Of a stretch of 64,000 bases of DNA, positions 25,758 to 38,695 are shown piece by piece. The position numbers and the translations under genes were made by a program. Position 1 is the first letter of the stretch. Every line of letters begins with the position of its first letter. The DNA is from Octopus vulgaris (lineage: Eukaryota), in contig OX597832.1 of assembly GCA_951406725.2 (NCBI GenBank), forward strand, positions 4,650,001 to 4,714,000, given 5' to 3'. The notes below the pieces were generated by a model. It was not told the DNA's origin. It made no database searches and was given only the letters and a program-made list of their open reading frames with translations.

Positions 25758-25984
25758 TTAACCCTTTAACACCCAAATTACTTTGTTAAATATAATACTT
25801 ATTTATTCCCATTGTTTTAAATTAATCATGCATTATTTCATAGCTTTGAAATTTCAAAGATGTGATTGCTTATTTTTAGAATAACAGTGTAAGGTTGGTA
25901 TAAGAGACAAAATCTGGCCAGTTTCAATATAAAGCAGGTAGAATATTTGGGCTGGATATAACTAGTTTAAATAGTAAGGGGTAA
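25758..25984. mobile_element. TTAA-flanked piggyBac-type MITE
   Basis: TTAAccctt...aaggggtaa; homologous to 14441. Confidence 0.7.
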
Positions 25985-26924
25985 ATATATATTGCAAATG
26001 ATCTGAAAATGCATTCTAAAACCAGATTTCAAAAATTTTTATGAGAGCTGAATAAGTTTCATGTTTGTCATTTATTTTTCTTCCCTGCTGGAGGATTTCA
26101 AAGTTTATTTTAGCTCATTTGATAATAAAAACTTAAGGCAAACACTATCATTTTAATCCTATTAGTATATTTCCTAAACTGCTCCCTTTTCTCTGTTCAT
26201 TTAAAGTCATCAGAGAAAATACAACTTATATAAATGATGGTGCACATTGATAGTATAATGTTACAGAATGCGGTAAAAAAAAATCAATAATGAAGATAAA
26301 TGTTTGAGATAACTTATCTTTTAATTGCATCAGTCATTGAATGGTCTATATACAATGAATATGTATATACAGTTGTTCATATTCGGTCTTTAAAACAAAA
26401 AGCTTGTAGATATTTTGAAATATATAGCAATTGAAGTGGTGAACGACAAAGCTGCTCTGATAACTAATTAATACTTAATTCTACATGACAAACCTTAAGC
26501 TGAAGCTAAACCTGACTACAGCAGCTGGGATGAACAAAAACATCTTTATAAGATCTATACCAGGTAATTAGGATTCCTTTCCAATCAGTAAATTACAAAT
26601 TCAAATTAAATTTGCATTTGTTGAGGACTAATCTATGAATGAAGTAGAGAAAAGAACATTGAATTGATTGAAATGTTGGGATTGATGAAACTAATCAAAC
26701 ACTCTGAGAGGCTGATGCATTAACATTGAGAACTTTTGTTTTTTTAAAAAGAAAGACATCTCGGTGGTTTCATACAACAATGAAGTCTTAGAAGTGTATG
26801 TAGCACAGTGGTTGTCACACCAAGTCGCCAATTAAGAGATCTATGTTCCAATCCCACCAGCTTCACACTTTGAATTTGCATTCACTTTATTGAAAATATA
26901 TACACACAAACAGATATGATTGCA

Positions 26925-26958
<34 letters not shown>

Positions 26959-28883
26959 CATATATATAAATATATATATATATATGCAGAGCTGAGCGTA
27001 AGTCTGTTAATCCATTAATCATTAATGAATAAAGCTAACATTTTTGATAACAATTTAACTTTTAAGTTAACTTTGAAAATCATTATCAAACTAAGTAATT
27101 TCCATTAACTGAAGTCTGTTAACCCAAAAATTTCATAAAAACTGGTGAACGTTTAAAAGTTTCTATTGTTTTCAGATTGTCTTTAGCATATTTAATATCA
27201 TACGTGTCATTCTTTCAAGCCCTATATAACATCAAAAATCATTATGAATAACTTGTAGGACCTCGTTTGGCCCCACCTGGATTTGAAACCAAATTCACCC
27301 GCTTGTTACTTGCAAAGACAGTGGGAAATCTCTTTGTCCTGTCAAGAGGGAACAGTAATTGATGTGTTTCCATTTGATCTGTGACCTTGCTTAGGTGGAT
27401 GTCAACAGAGAAAATATTGACTTCCATAAAGTGGAAAAAATAAATGGAAGGAAAAAAGTTGGTAAATATTTCGGTGTGAACACAAATATTTTGATTTAAA
27501 TGCAAATAGTTGTTACGTGGTAGCAGAGCATGCTAGAAATAGCAACCAAATCTTTCTTTTTCAAGAAAAAGGAGCTGTTAACATGTGATTTCAATGTCAC
27601 ATTCATTGAAAGTATGCAAAATAACCTGGAAAAGAAAAATTGACTCGTAAAACAAAAATTCCTTGGTGGGAAACTTCAAGGTCCCCACCATCCCTCCCAC
27701 CATTCTTTTCTGGTAAAAAGTAGTTTGCAGCTTGTTTGGAGATCAGATACATTGAATGTACCTGAAAAAACTGTGGTAAAAAATTATTCCACACCGAGGT
27801 GTGAAATATTTACTGAAAGAATAATATCTTGTACCGATTATACCTGTATTTTAATTAATTCAAATTAATGTATCTCATCTTGAAAAGTGGCAAAATTTTT
27901 GTCGGTTGCAATCAGGGATAACTTTAGTAACAAATCAAACAGGTAATGCATTAAGAATTTCAATTTTAGTGTTTATCCATAATGTTATTACTTTTACACC
28001 TGTTAATTAAATTTATCTGCCCATAAAAGCCAAGTTTACTCAGCAAGATTAGCTAAAATTACATAATTATAAACCAATGGTATATAATGCACCCACTGAG
28101 AAAATTTCAAATCAGTATGTAAAAAATTTACAAAGTTACAAAGCAAATATTGTGGACATTCCTCTTGAACCTGAATGATTCAAAATAACATGAACAAATA
28201 AGCATTACATTTGACAGATTAATATGAACACTAAAGATGTTTTTAGTTTTTTTTTCCTTATACACACACATAACACAGCCTTGCTTGGTTGGGACTACAC
28301 ATATGTTACTTTGACATCATCATTCCCTAAAATTTGTTTATGGGGAGAAAAATATTGAAAAATATCAATAGATGTGTGAATGAAGAAGAAACAAAGAGGG
28401 AGGTTTAGAGATGTGTTAGAAACAACAGCCAGATCTCCCTTAAATCACACATTTTCCTCTGAAATTATTAACAATTTTCTTTTAAACCAAAAATGTTTCT
28501 CTCACGGGTTTTAAGTGTGTAGTGAAAGAAAAAAAGAATGACCAGAATCATTTCAAACTGGGATGGTAAAGGGGTGGCAGGAGTGAAAAGAAATTTTCAA
28601 ATTTTTTTTTTTTTGTGAAAAGATGCCTCCCATCATTCTGAAGATTTTGGTGAAAAACATTGGAAATAATCCTCGTCAAAACAGAGAAATTCCAACTTAT
28701 GTGGGCCGTCTGATCCAAAATTCCTCCCCCTGCCCCCTTCCAAAAATTTTGCCTACAAATTTTTTTGTAATCTATATTGTTTATTAATTACCCTATAGTA
28801 AGAATTCAAATAAAGTAGCCTTGAAAGGGGCTTTAATATGTTCCCAGAGTATATAGAACATAAGAAGAAATACTAATAAGGTA

Positions 28884-29247
28884 TCTCTATATATATAAAT
28901 GGCAAAATGTGTATGTGTGTGTATCCTTTATACAAATCCACAATTTTTCAGTTAGAGGGCTCGCATTTTCTATGGTCATTCAAAACCGTCCAAGGGTGGT
29001 TGTGCACATCTTTACATTTCCCCAGTCACCCTGCAAAGCCATTAAAAAATCAATAGAAATGACCTTTTCATGAATTTTCTATCCAAAACCCAATCAAAAT
29101 GCCTGAAACTTGATATGCCAATTGAATGCCAGCTAGCTGTATGTGATTGGTCGGAGATTTGGACAGTACTCACGTGTGTGTGCACGAACGCAGCTGTATA
29201 TGCATGCACTAGCACTATGACCCAGTGCTGCCGGGTCATAGTGCTAG
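28884..29247 (+). mobile_element. Non-autonomous Helitron (364 bp)
   Basis: 5' A|TCtctatatatataaa...tgtgt start; 3' hairpin ending CTAG|T; no TSD. Confidence 0.75.
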
Positions 29248-29516
29248 TGTATATTAAAATCTCATGAAATATGTTGTGTAATAACAGGCTAATCAGATAT
29301 GAGATAATAACAATTCAAAATAATTAACTGTGAAAAAAGCTTTTGTGGGTTCCCAGAGAATATTACCCTCAGCAGCAGTATTCGGGAAAAGTCACTAACT
29401 GAAATAAGTGGATCTATTGTTTAGGAGAATACTATTAACTTGTACTGAATAAATTGAGAAAATAACTAAAATAGTTCAAATACTAAGAAATAAGTATACT
29501 CAATTTCATTTTTATC

Positions 29517-29614
29517 AAATAATTTATGAAGGAGGGAATGGGTTATTTCCCTTGGAAGCTTAAAAATAATTTATGATGGAGAATTGGGTTATTTCCCTTG
29601 GAAGCTTAAAATAA
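29517..29614. repeat. Two-copy tandem repeat of about 48 bp
   Basis: aaataatttatgaNggagNNNtgggttatttcccttggaagcttaaa twice. Confidence 0.9.
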
Positions 29615-29619
29615 TAACA

Positions 29620-29814
29620 CTCACTGTTCAACTGCACCCAAATGTTATTCCTCTGCCGTTTACCCAAACATTTTTTCGAAATCAATTTATACTTAAAACC
29701 TCCCCAGACACATAAGTAATGTGCATGTGAAATTTAAGAAAAATCGGTCGAGCTGTTTTGGCACAAAATGAGGACATACCAATATACACACATTTTCAGT
29801 TTTAATATGTAAGA
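29620..29814 (-). mobile_element. Helitron-like 5' end on the minus strand
   Basis: Minus strand A|TCttacatattaaaactgaaaatgtgtgt...aacagctcgaccgatttttcttaaattt. Confidence 0.55.
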
Positions 29815-29834
29815 TTGCTTAAGTCTGACAATAC

Positions 29835-30425
29835 TCTGTTCTTCAAATGAGCTGGGGAATTCATCATGATAGCAATATGATATCATCATTCCCATTTCCT
29901 AATTGGAGGAGGCAGGTTGAAAACTGTTTTGGACATTGGTCTCCATGTAATGAATCTGGCACATTAGTACTGAAGGAGAATTTCAGTACTTTATTCCAGA
30001 GGTATGAAGACTTAATGCATGCTTTTATTTCATCAGATCTTGTTTGTCTCAGAATGACTGGTAATGTCTGTCTGAATTCTCCTGATAAAAGTAATGTAAA
30101 TCTTCCCATAAATTTATTGTTGCCTCCAATGTCTTGTAAGGTGTCACCAAGACCTTCCATTGCACCCCTATGTGACATGGTGCATTCATCCCAAATGATA
30201 AGGTGGCATTGGCACAACACTTCTGCTGAACCTGAATCTTTGCTTATGCTACAGATTAGACTGTCACTTGTGACCAGGTTTAGTGGTATTTTAAAAGCAG
30301 AATGAGCTGTTTGTCCTCCTGTGAGAAAAGCCAGACAATGGCAACTGCAAATTTTTTTTTGTTGCCTTACTTAGGAGAGTAGTAATGTTACAAATGTTTT
30401 ACGTATGTCACCAGGAGCATCAAGA
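29835..30425 (-). pseudogene. Helitron RepHel PIF1-like helicase fragment
   Basis: LDAPG..KTF (Walker A remnant), GGQTAHSAFKIP, LIIWDECTM (Walker B), LLSGEFRQTLPVI, ACIKSSYLW, LLQLGNG; frameshifted. Confidence 0.9.
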
Positions 30426-30504
30426 GCACACACACGCCATGAGCACACACACACATACAGTATCAAACCACAGATGAAATGGAGGTGTGTGAGAGAGAGA
30501 GAGA

Positions 30505-30730
30505 GAGTGAGTGAAAGGGTGTGTTGTCATATATATGTACATACATAAATAATAGGCGTACATCTTTCTTGTATGTGTGTGTGCATGAGAGAGAGTGTGT
30601 GTGTGTGTGCCACTTAGACATCACACTCCCTCTCACATGCACCACACAGACATACATACAGAGAGAAAAGGTGTATGCACATGTATTTATGAATGTACAA
30701 ATATATCACAACACACCCTTTCACTCACTC
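30505..30730. repeat. Foldback with arms of about 100 bp
   Basis: gagtgagtgaaagggtgtgttgtcatatatatgtacatacataaata versus tatttatgaatgtacaaatatatcacaacacaccctttcactcactc. Confidence 0.8.
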
Positions 30731-31476
30731 ACACAGACACACACTATACAGAAATGTATACAAACGTACATACAAAAACACTTGTGCATGTGTTACTTAT
30801 AAATACATAGAACTGAGCACAGCATGAAAAAGAAAATAAATTTAAAAATTTTTTACATAAATAAACTAAGTGTGCGAGTTCCAGCAAAATAATGCCCATA
30901 TTTTTGGGGTGCCACATGATTAATTGCAAAATTTTAACATGATATTTGTGTAATAAAGAAATCAAACCGGGAGTGTGTGTGTGTGAGAGTATTGTGAACA
31001 ATGAATGAGATGGACATGGAATGAAAAAATTGTATAAATAAAAGCACCTTTAAAAAAAGTGTCTTGTACCGAATATTTGAATTTGTGAACTTACTAAGTA
31101 CTTTTTTTCAGTAATTTATTGTAGTTGTTTACAAATAGCGAATTAAAACTTGAAATGAAAACATAAAAATTTAGACAGGGACAGACTTTGCCATTTTTAT
31201 GTCAACACCAGAAGTTGACATTGAGAAACCTTTTTAAAGAAGTGAATCTAACGTAGAGAGTTTCATTAAAAAATATCCATTTTCTTGAAAGTTAAGACAA
31301 ATTGAAGTAGACTTGGGTGAATTTTCAGAAAATCCTCACCCCTTCTAAAACAGTTACCCCCCCACCCCAATTTTTATACATTCAAAATTGACATGATAGA
31401 ACACATATTCGTAGAAAATTTTATTAAAAAATATCCATAATTCTGAAAGTTATGATCATGGAAATTGTGTTGGGAA

Positions 31477-31612
31477 GGCAGAAATCTGTAGTTCTTAATA
31501 TGACGGGCAGAAATCTGTAGTTCTTAATATGACGGGCAGAAAGTAAATAAGAAAAATATGACAGGCAGAAATCTGTAGTTCTTAATATGACGGGCAGAAA
31601 GTAAATAAGAAA
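31477..31612. repeat. 29-bp period minisatellite with A-A-B-A-B unit order
   Basis: A=ggcagaaatctgtagttcttaatatgacg at 31477, 31506, 31564; B=ggcagaaagtaaataagaaa... at 31535, 31593. Confidence 0.95.
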
Positions 31613-31865
31613 TTTTAAGGGAAAAGCAAGTATTGTAGGGGTACTTAGTATGTCCTTCGATTAATTTTAATCCTTCAGCTATCTAATGCTTTCTTTTGGG
31701 ACCTGCAATTGCCTACATTATTGATTCTGTTATTATCATTTTTAAATTGTTACACTATAATAATAGAGTCAATGATATTTTTGCAAATTATTTTCCTGTG
31801 AATTATTTGCTCCATATTGAAATTATACACACACAAATAAATAAATAAATAAATACATATATACT

Positions 31866-32150
31866 GGCACCCCATGATGAGGGTTCCAGTTGATCTGATC
31901 AACAAAACAGTTTGCTTGTGAAATTAACGTGCTGAGCACTCCATATACATGTGTACACTTAATGTCTCAGCATGGCACAGAATGTGTGACAAGGTTGACC
32001 CTTTGAATTACAGGTACTATTCATTTTTTCCAGTTGAATGGATTAGAGCAACTATGAAATAAAGTGTCTTGCTCATGGATACAGCACATCACCAGGAACC
32101 AAACTCACAACTGTGAGCCAAATATCCTAACCAGTAAGCCATCACCTTCA
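31866..32150 (-). mobile_element. tRNA-derived SINE, V/Meta/CORE-like (family D)
   Basis: Minus strand tggcttactggttagg A-box and gtatccatgagcaagacactttatttca core. Confidence 0.65.
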
Positions 32151-32483
32151 CAAATACATGTGTGTGAGTATGAGTGAGTGTGTGTGTTTGTGTGTATGTG
32201 CGCATGCACATACATGTATAAAATGAAGTATGTTAGAGAGACTGTTCAGAAAAACAAAGAGTTTCTCTTTTACAAATTTTAACTTATATTTCATGGACTG
32301 ATTGTGGAATGTTTGTGAGTTGTTTTCATGGTTAGAAGGACATTTCTTTATATACAAAGCAAGCTAAATGGAAGCTAAACAGAAATGGGGACTTTGTATG
32401 GCAGTGAATATGCCAAATGTCTTTATTGTCAAAATTTTAAGCTTCTCCATTACATTCAACTAAATTTCAACCACAGGACCAAT

Positions 32484-32880
32484 TTATCTTTTGTTTTTTA
32501 TTTGATTCAATCATGCCATTCCAGGGCATTGCTTTGAACAAATTGATTGCAATACTTTCTCTTTTTCAAGTCTGGTAATTATTCTGTTGATCTCTTCATG
32601 CCAAACCACTACATTATGGGGGCATAAACAAACCAACACTAGTTGTCAAGTGGTGTTGGGTACAATCACAGAGAAGCATAAACACAGATATATACATATA
32701 TATTTACACACACACACACACACACAAACAGGCTTCTTTCAGTTTCAGTCTCCATTAATCAAACCCACTCACAAGACTTTGGTTGCCCAGGGCTATAGTA
32801 GAAGACATTTGCCCAAGGTGCTATGCACTAAGATGGAACCCAGAACAATGTGGTTAGGAAGCAAACTTTTTACCACACAG
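32484..32880 (-). mobile_element. SINE family A
   Basis: ggctatagtagaagacatttgcccaagg core (reverse). Confidence 0.8.
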
Positions 32881-33439
32881 ACCACATTTACACCTAATGA
32901 GACCAAATGATTTTCATCTACAGAAAAAGAATGTTAACTTTATTAATCTTGAACCAGGATTTAACAGATTTGAGTTGGAAATTATCAAAGTCTCTACTTA
33001 GGAAAACTTATAGAAGTCCTAATTTTTTTAGTTAATAATCCATAATTTAAAGAAGTCTTACTTCTGGAGTTAGGAGAATACTTGCGAGTCATATGTTATC
33101 TTACTTTTAGTGTTTATCTTTTATATTTTACTTATTTCAGGCATTGGACTGTGGCCATGCTGGGGAAGTGCCTCGAAGGATTTAGTCAAACAACTCAACC
33201 CCTGTACTCTTTTACTAAAGCCCAGTACTTATTTTATCAGTCTGTTTTTACCAGGCTGCTAAGTTTAGAAATGATGCAACAAATAAAGTTAAAGGATCAC
33301 TGAAAATTTTGTTAATCATAAAGATACAGTTTTTCTCTTTCTTGTTTAGTTAAAAGTGTACATTTGCTTTTCTGGTTGATATTTTGTAAATGATATTGTT
33401 CTTAAACCCCAATTCATATTGTAGTAGACAGTGTTCTTT

Positions 33440-33720
33440 TCTGGTATTCTCTGAGTGAACCACTTAGGGATTTGAGGGTTATGAGGTTCGGTTGTGTGAG
33501 TGATGTCATACCAAGGAGGATTCTATCATCCACCTATCTAACTATTTTAGATGGTTAAAAGGTGAAGAACATTTGATAGCAATTGTAGCCAGCATAAAAT
33601 TGGCTGAACTCCAACTGTTAACTGATTTGAAGTATTAGAGCAATTGCAGAGTAGCAGTTGGGTGGAAGAATGATGTATGATAAGTTAGTTGCCTTAATTA
33701 GGAAATGATCAGGACTTTGC
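33440..33720 (-). mobile_element. Possible Penelope-like RT remnant
   Basis: Minus translation ANF..Y...PSKIVR*VDDRILL resembles the RYVDD motif; very decayed. Confidence 0.3.
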
Positions 33721-35189
33721 CGTCTTTCTGATTCAAATCAATTTCTACTTGCCTTTTTTTCCTTTTTTTAACATTTTGAACAAGAGATATATTTATTTTC
33801 TCTGCTTACTTAAAGGAGATATACCTCTAACAGGAATATTCCAAAATAACAAAACGATTTTTCAAGTATCATTGATTATACACTCAGATACAATAATTGT
33901 ATACTAAGAAAAATGATCTCATTAATACTTTGTAGTTTATTGATGAATAGCACTTAGCCAAAAGTAAATTTAGTTTTTAGATGATATAAGGTTAAATTGG
34001 TTTGAGAAAAATATCATCTGACACAGCCAAGGAAAAACAAAAAACTGCTTATTTCAAGTAGATTTCCTTTGCTAAGTTAAAATTTGTTGAGAAGCTTGAA
34101 ACTTTCAATAGAAAATCTAAAAATGGAAACTCTGTGTCAGTTTTCCAATTCACTGACAAATGCTAAATGTTTTGTTAGTCATATAACTGAAAATTATTAA
34201 GCTGAATAGCATTACAAATACGAGGTCTGAGAGAAACGGTAGGAAATGTGTAGAACTTATTTAGAGTATGAAATAAATCTCTAAGAGACAAGCATAGAAT
34301 ATGGCATGAATATGTTCATACAGAGTATATAAGAGGCCAATATATGCAAGAATGTATGTATATCCAAACATTTCAAAGTATAAACTATAATTATGCATAC
34401 TATGGATTAGAGTTTTATTTTTATCACATAACCTCATGAACTTTGTAGGACATTTGAACTTGAAGTGTGATCCAACAGGCCAATCAGTAGTTCACTGCAG
34501 TGAATCACTAATTGGTCCATATACAGAGTTTGCACTGTGGCTTTGCCTGGGCTGGAACATTAGATACAAACTATAGATTAAATTTATTCTAATGCACCAA
34601 TATAAGAAATCAATAGTAACATTAGGAAAGCTAACAAAGAGACAATAATAATCTTTGCTATTCTAATAAGGTTCTGTTGGGAAAAGAGCTTTCTTTAAAA
34701 TTTTTCATTCTTTTATTTTTATTTACTTTTGTAAATCTAGTCACAAAGAGAATGATGTAATATTTTATTTAAATTTCTTTATATCATGTTGTGCACTTGA
34801 AAACCAGTCCTTAAAATTCTTTTATGTCATATTCCCTACACCATTTATTCCTTCATTCTAGGCCTTAACTACAGTAAAGCTTTATAAAGATAGAAAGACA
34901 TTTGGATTAAGAAATACTGGCTGTCTTAACCAGTCAGTAGATGGTTAATAGTAAAAGTAAGTTGTAAACTGTTCAACTTTAAGTGGGAAGATCTTAATAT
35001 CCAGTAAATTGTCTACTTTAAACCCTCATCAACACCAGGTGTCCCAATATATTTGATTCACAGACCCAAATCTACCAAGTGGTTCACATGTCATTGTGCA
35101 ACAACAGTAGAGACATGTATTCAGTGAAGACAAGATGTTATCAACACTTTCAAAAAAAATACTTCACATCTATCAACTGGATAGCATTT

Positions 35190-36270
35190 ACACCTAACTA
35201 CAACTCCTGCAAGACTACTGATAACAAATGATAATTTTATGCATTGCACAATCTACAAGCTCTCTTGCCTCCAGAACTGCAGATAAAACTTTTTGTAAAC
35301 TGTACCCCCACAAAGAAAGCTTCCCCCATTGTTGACTGCTTTGCATCTGACTCCACGTTGCATACAACTCAGCAAAACTCCTAAGTTTTCCTTTCAACAA
35401 TCCACCAGTCCTACCACCACCACAGCAAGAAATGTAAAACACTTCCAGTTATTTCAAAGCCACTCACTCTGACAATATCCCTTCAATCATCCTCAAACAT
35501 GCACTCTCAGTTGAACCTTATCATCTCTAAACTTCTTAATCTGTTTCTTAGGGTTACATTTAGATCTTTGCATATTACATTTCCATGAAAGGCAAACTCT
35601 CTGACCCAGACAATTATCAATCTATTGCTCTCACTTTCAACATCTTTTTCTCTCTCTCTTCTCTCTATCTATCTATTGTTCCTCAGTGGCTACCACTGGA
35701 GCTTCTTTATCTATAGGGACCTGTTCTCTGCTCTCCTAACCCTTGAGAAATTCAGCTAAAACAATATCATTTGATTGTACTTGACACTAGAATGTCCTGG
35801 CTAAACTTCCTCTTATTTCTTGGCTGGAAGTTTTATTTCAGGTCACACCAACACAGCATGTACAAATAGGGTTCTCACTCTGACCCACTCGATTAATCTG
35901 GTATGTTCCAAAATTCAGCTCACACTTTTCCTTCCATACATACATTAATGACACACTTGCTGTCATCTCCAACAACTCCCATTTCTATGCTGGTGATGCT
36001 ACTTGTCACTCTTTAATCTTCTTCACGCAAGTATCATTCACAAGTGACCGAGGCAGCTCATATAAATTTACACCATGAAGAGTGACCTCAAAAATATTCT
36101 CCAATGTGAAAATGGCAGCCTTGTCTCCTTCAACAGCAACAAACACACAATCACTGCTTATATCAAAGAAACAATCCTGTAGATCATTCTCTTTAGTCTT
36201 AGATCCTGAATTAAAGCCCTCAAAGCTCTTAGAAATGCTGGGCCTCACAATTACTGGTGATCTCATAGAC
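35190..36270 (+). mobile_element. Decayed CR1/Jockey-group LINE RT remnant
   Basis: SDPDNYQSIALT (NYRPI.L motif) near 35600 and YINDTL...HFYAGDAT (YADD remnant) near 35940-36005. Confidence 0.65.
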
Positions 36271-38234
36271 AGTCTGTTTTTTTACATTAACTTATTCAAG
36301 TAATGAAATTAATTTTATTCTATTTAATTCAGATTTCCTCTCTGAAAAATAACTACAAGATTTACACTACACTTTAGTCAATTTAATTTCTGATTGTTAT
36401 CCTGGATAACATATATAGTACAAGACTGGACTGAAGTTCAGATCTTTTATTTCTAAGATAACAGTAATAATATTTCTATACAATAGACTACTTGTGCATG
36501 GTACATTTTTAGTAAACAATAGACATTTAGATATCATGTCTTTCTAGGAAATTTAAATGCAATAAAAAGACAAATAAAGAACTCATATGCATAATGCTAT
36601 AGAAACTAGAATTACAGACAATTACAGACAAATTATTTATAACAAGAACAGAATAACTGACTAGTTAAAAGTTGAGGGTTAAAATTTCATTACAGTCTGT
36701 CTTTTAAAAATGCAAGTATCTTCTATACTTTACAATTGAGTAGTAGCTTTAGGGAAATCATTAAGATTAGCGTTTAATTCTCCTATACAGCTGTTTAAAT
36801 CAAGCATCAAGTTGTTTACAGTACAAACAATTATCAGCTTTCTTTTCAGCTTTTTGCCATGTCAATGTCATGTAAGTCTTCTCAGGATTGCCTTGTCATG
36901 TTTGTTTTTGGTTTTTCTTTATTTTAATTTCCCTCAGTGTCATCCGTTGCAATACGGTATTCAATGCTGCTGATTTTGTATACACGAAAAAAGAAAGCAA
37001 GAAGTCTATACATAGTCATGATATCCAGTATTTTGTATAAACTGGTTTTAAGCAGAAATTTTACAATGACTTGTTAAAACTAATGATATAAAATATTTAA
37101 CACAGACATCATAGACAAAAGATTTTCAATTCTTGTGCCACCCATGTTGCATATCACATATACAACCTATGTCTGTTTCACAGATTTAGGTTGCTGCATA
37201 TGATAAGACAATGGAAATATATATGAATATTTAACTATACAATGCTTTGTCCTTTCTACTTTGGACTAACACCAATTGCAATATAATTTGTTTGATATTG
37301 CTATGACTAAAATAACAATAAACAGCCATCTGCATGTCTGAGAGGAGTTGTTATTTGTAAGATAATAATTTCCCAGACTATTAACATCATTTATTGGTTT
37401 GATCTCTGATTATCATAAACAGTTTTATTTCTGGATGTGTACCTAGTCTCAGACTGATTTTGAACTAAGAACCTCTATTTCTGAAATAAGGATAATAAAA
37501 TTTGTAATTAGAAGGCTGCTAGAACAAGAAAAAAAATATAACATGAACAAGTGTACAAAGTCAATGTTAAATGCTGTGGAGGAAAGGAAAGGATAATAAA
37601 CCATACTCATTTGGAGATTTGGCCTTTGTTAAAATAAAAAGAAGAAGAACAGATAAAAAAATAAATGGGAAAGAAGAAAAAGCTAAGGTTGCAAAAGCAA
37701 CAAAAATTTTGGGAAAAAAATATAAATAATAAATGAGTGGAAATTGGAGTGTGTTAGGCATTAAGGCAGTATGATTCTCAACAGAAACAACAAAATTATT
37801 TTAGAGATATATACTGTAAAAGCAGACAGAGAGTAAGGTGTTTTGTCAGTAGTAAAGAAAGAACATACAGTAAGGGAAAAACAGTGTGGGAGAAAATAGT
37901 AAAGTGAAACATAGTAGATGTATGTATGTGCAGAGGGAGTAAATAGAGAACCAAGAGTGTTAACGAGGTTGTCTGTGTAAGGTGTGATATTGTGTGGGTA
38001 GTAGGTGTAAGACTCGATAATAAGTAGGAATGGGTGTGTGGTGGATGTGTGGGTAGAAAAAGAGTCAGTGAATTCAGCTGTCCATCAACAACACATAGTA
38101 AGTTGACTTACTGTATTATATTGGAGAATGGATATTTGAATTCCTTGGACCATGCCTCATACATACTAGAGGTATAATCTTGGTAAGTTGAAAAAATTAG
38201 AATAATTTTTCAGTTTTTTTTTTTTTTACAATTA

Positions 38235-38695
38235 TCTCAGTTTCTTGTTTTTTGACTTACTGTGTTTTTTTCAGAGGAGGGCAGAAGTACATCTGAGCAG
38301 AGTGAGGTGTAAGTGTTTACCATTAGATGGGAATGTTAGGAGGAAAGCAATTCAGTTACTGATAGTGGCAGGAACAGCAGAATTAAAGCAGAAATAAACT
38401 GGTGTTCATTACAAAGCTGAGGAAATGAGAGATCCATGATGTTGCATAATGCCATAGCAAAAAACAGTACAGAGTGATCTAGAGAACTAAAGTGGTGGTT
38501 GACGGGTTTTGATGATCCAGTGTTCTTGTGTTGGATGACCAACAAATGTTCTCTAAAAGAATCAACCACCTTCTGACCACCCCTTTTTGCTTATACACAC
38601 TATGCCATGGAGTTGGCATCTAATGCAGCAAATGACATTTTTTGAAGATGCAGGTGAAGCAGTGTGTGATATGGAAAGAAAATCTAGGTCCCTTT
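38235..38695 (-). mobile_element. Penelope-like element 3' end: GIY-YIG endonuclease remnant and start of pseudo-LTR
   Basis: Minus translation GPRFSFHITHCFTC..NVICCIRCQLHGIVCI...DSFREHLLVIQHKNTGSSKPVNHHFSSLDHS matches the PLE GIY-YIG pattern (FTC.S.NVIY.I.C..C...YIG.T...RF.EH...PVA.HF...H). Confidence 0.75.

Noticed and set aside
26795-26862. tRNA-like A and B boxes (gtagcacagtggtt...gttccaatccc)
   Set aside because: No cloverleaf or acceptor stem; at most an old SINE head
27242-27794. GC-richer patches with 87-aa and 63-aa minus ORFs and possible splice sites
   Set aside because: Several frames equally open, no recognisable protein, no consistent donor-acceptor chain
31477-31612. CRISPR-like repeat-spacer appearance
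   Set aside because: Spacers are 12 bp and repeated, no cas genes, eukaryotic context
36850-37083. Possible micro-exon plus short gtaagt...ccctcag intron giving a 50-aa ORF
   Set aside because: Peptide unrecognisable; such signals are expected by chance in T-rich DNA
38275-38308. Apparent 34-nt plus-strand micro-exon (ttttttcag...gtaagt)
   Set aside because: Lies antisense within the PLE pseudo-LTR region just after the GIY-YIG remnant; no partner exons found
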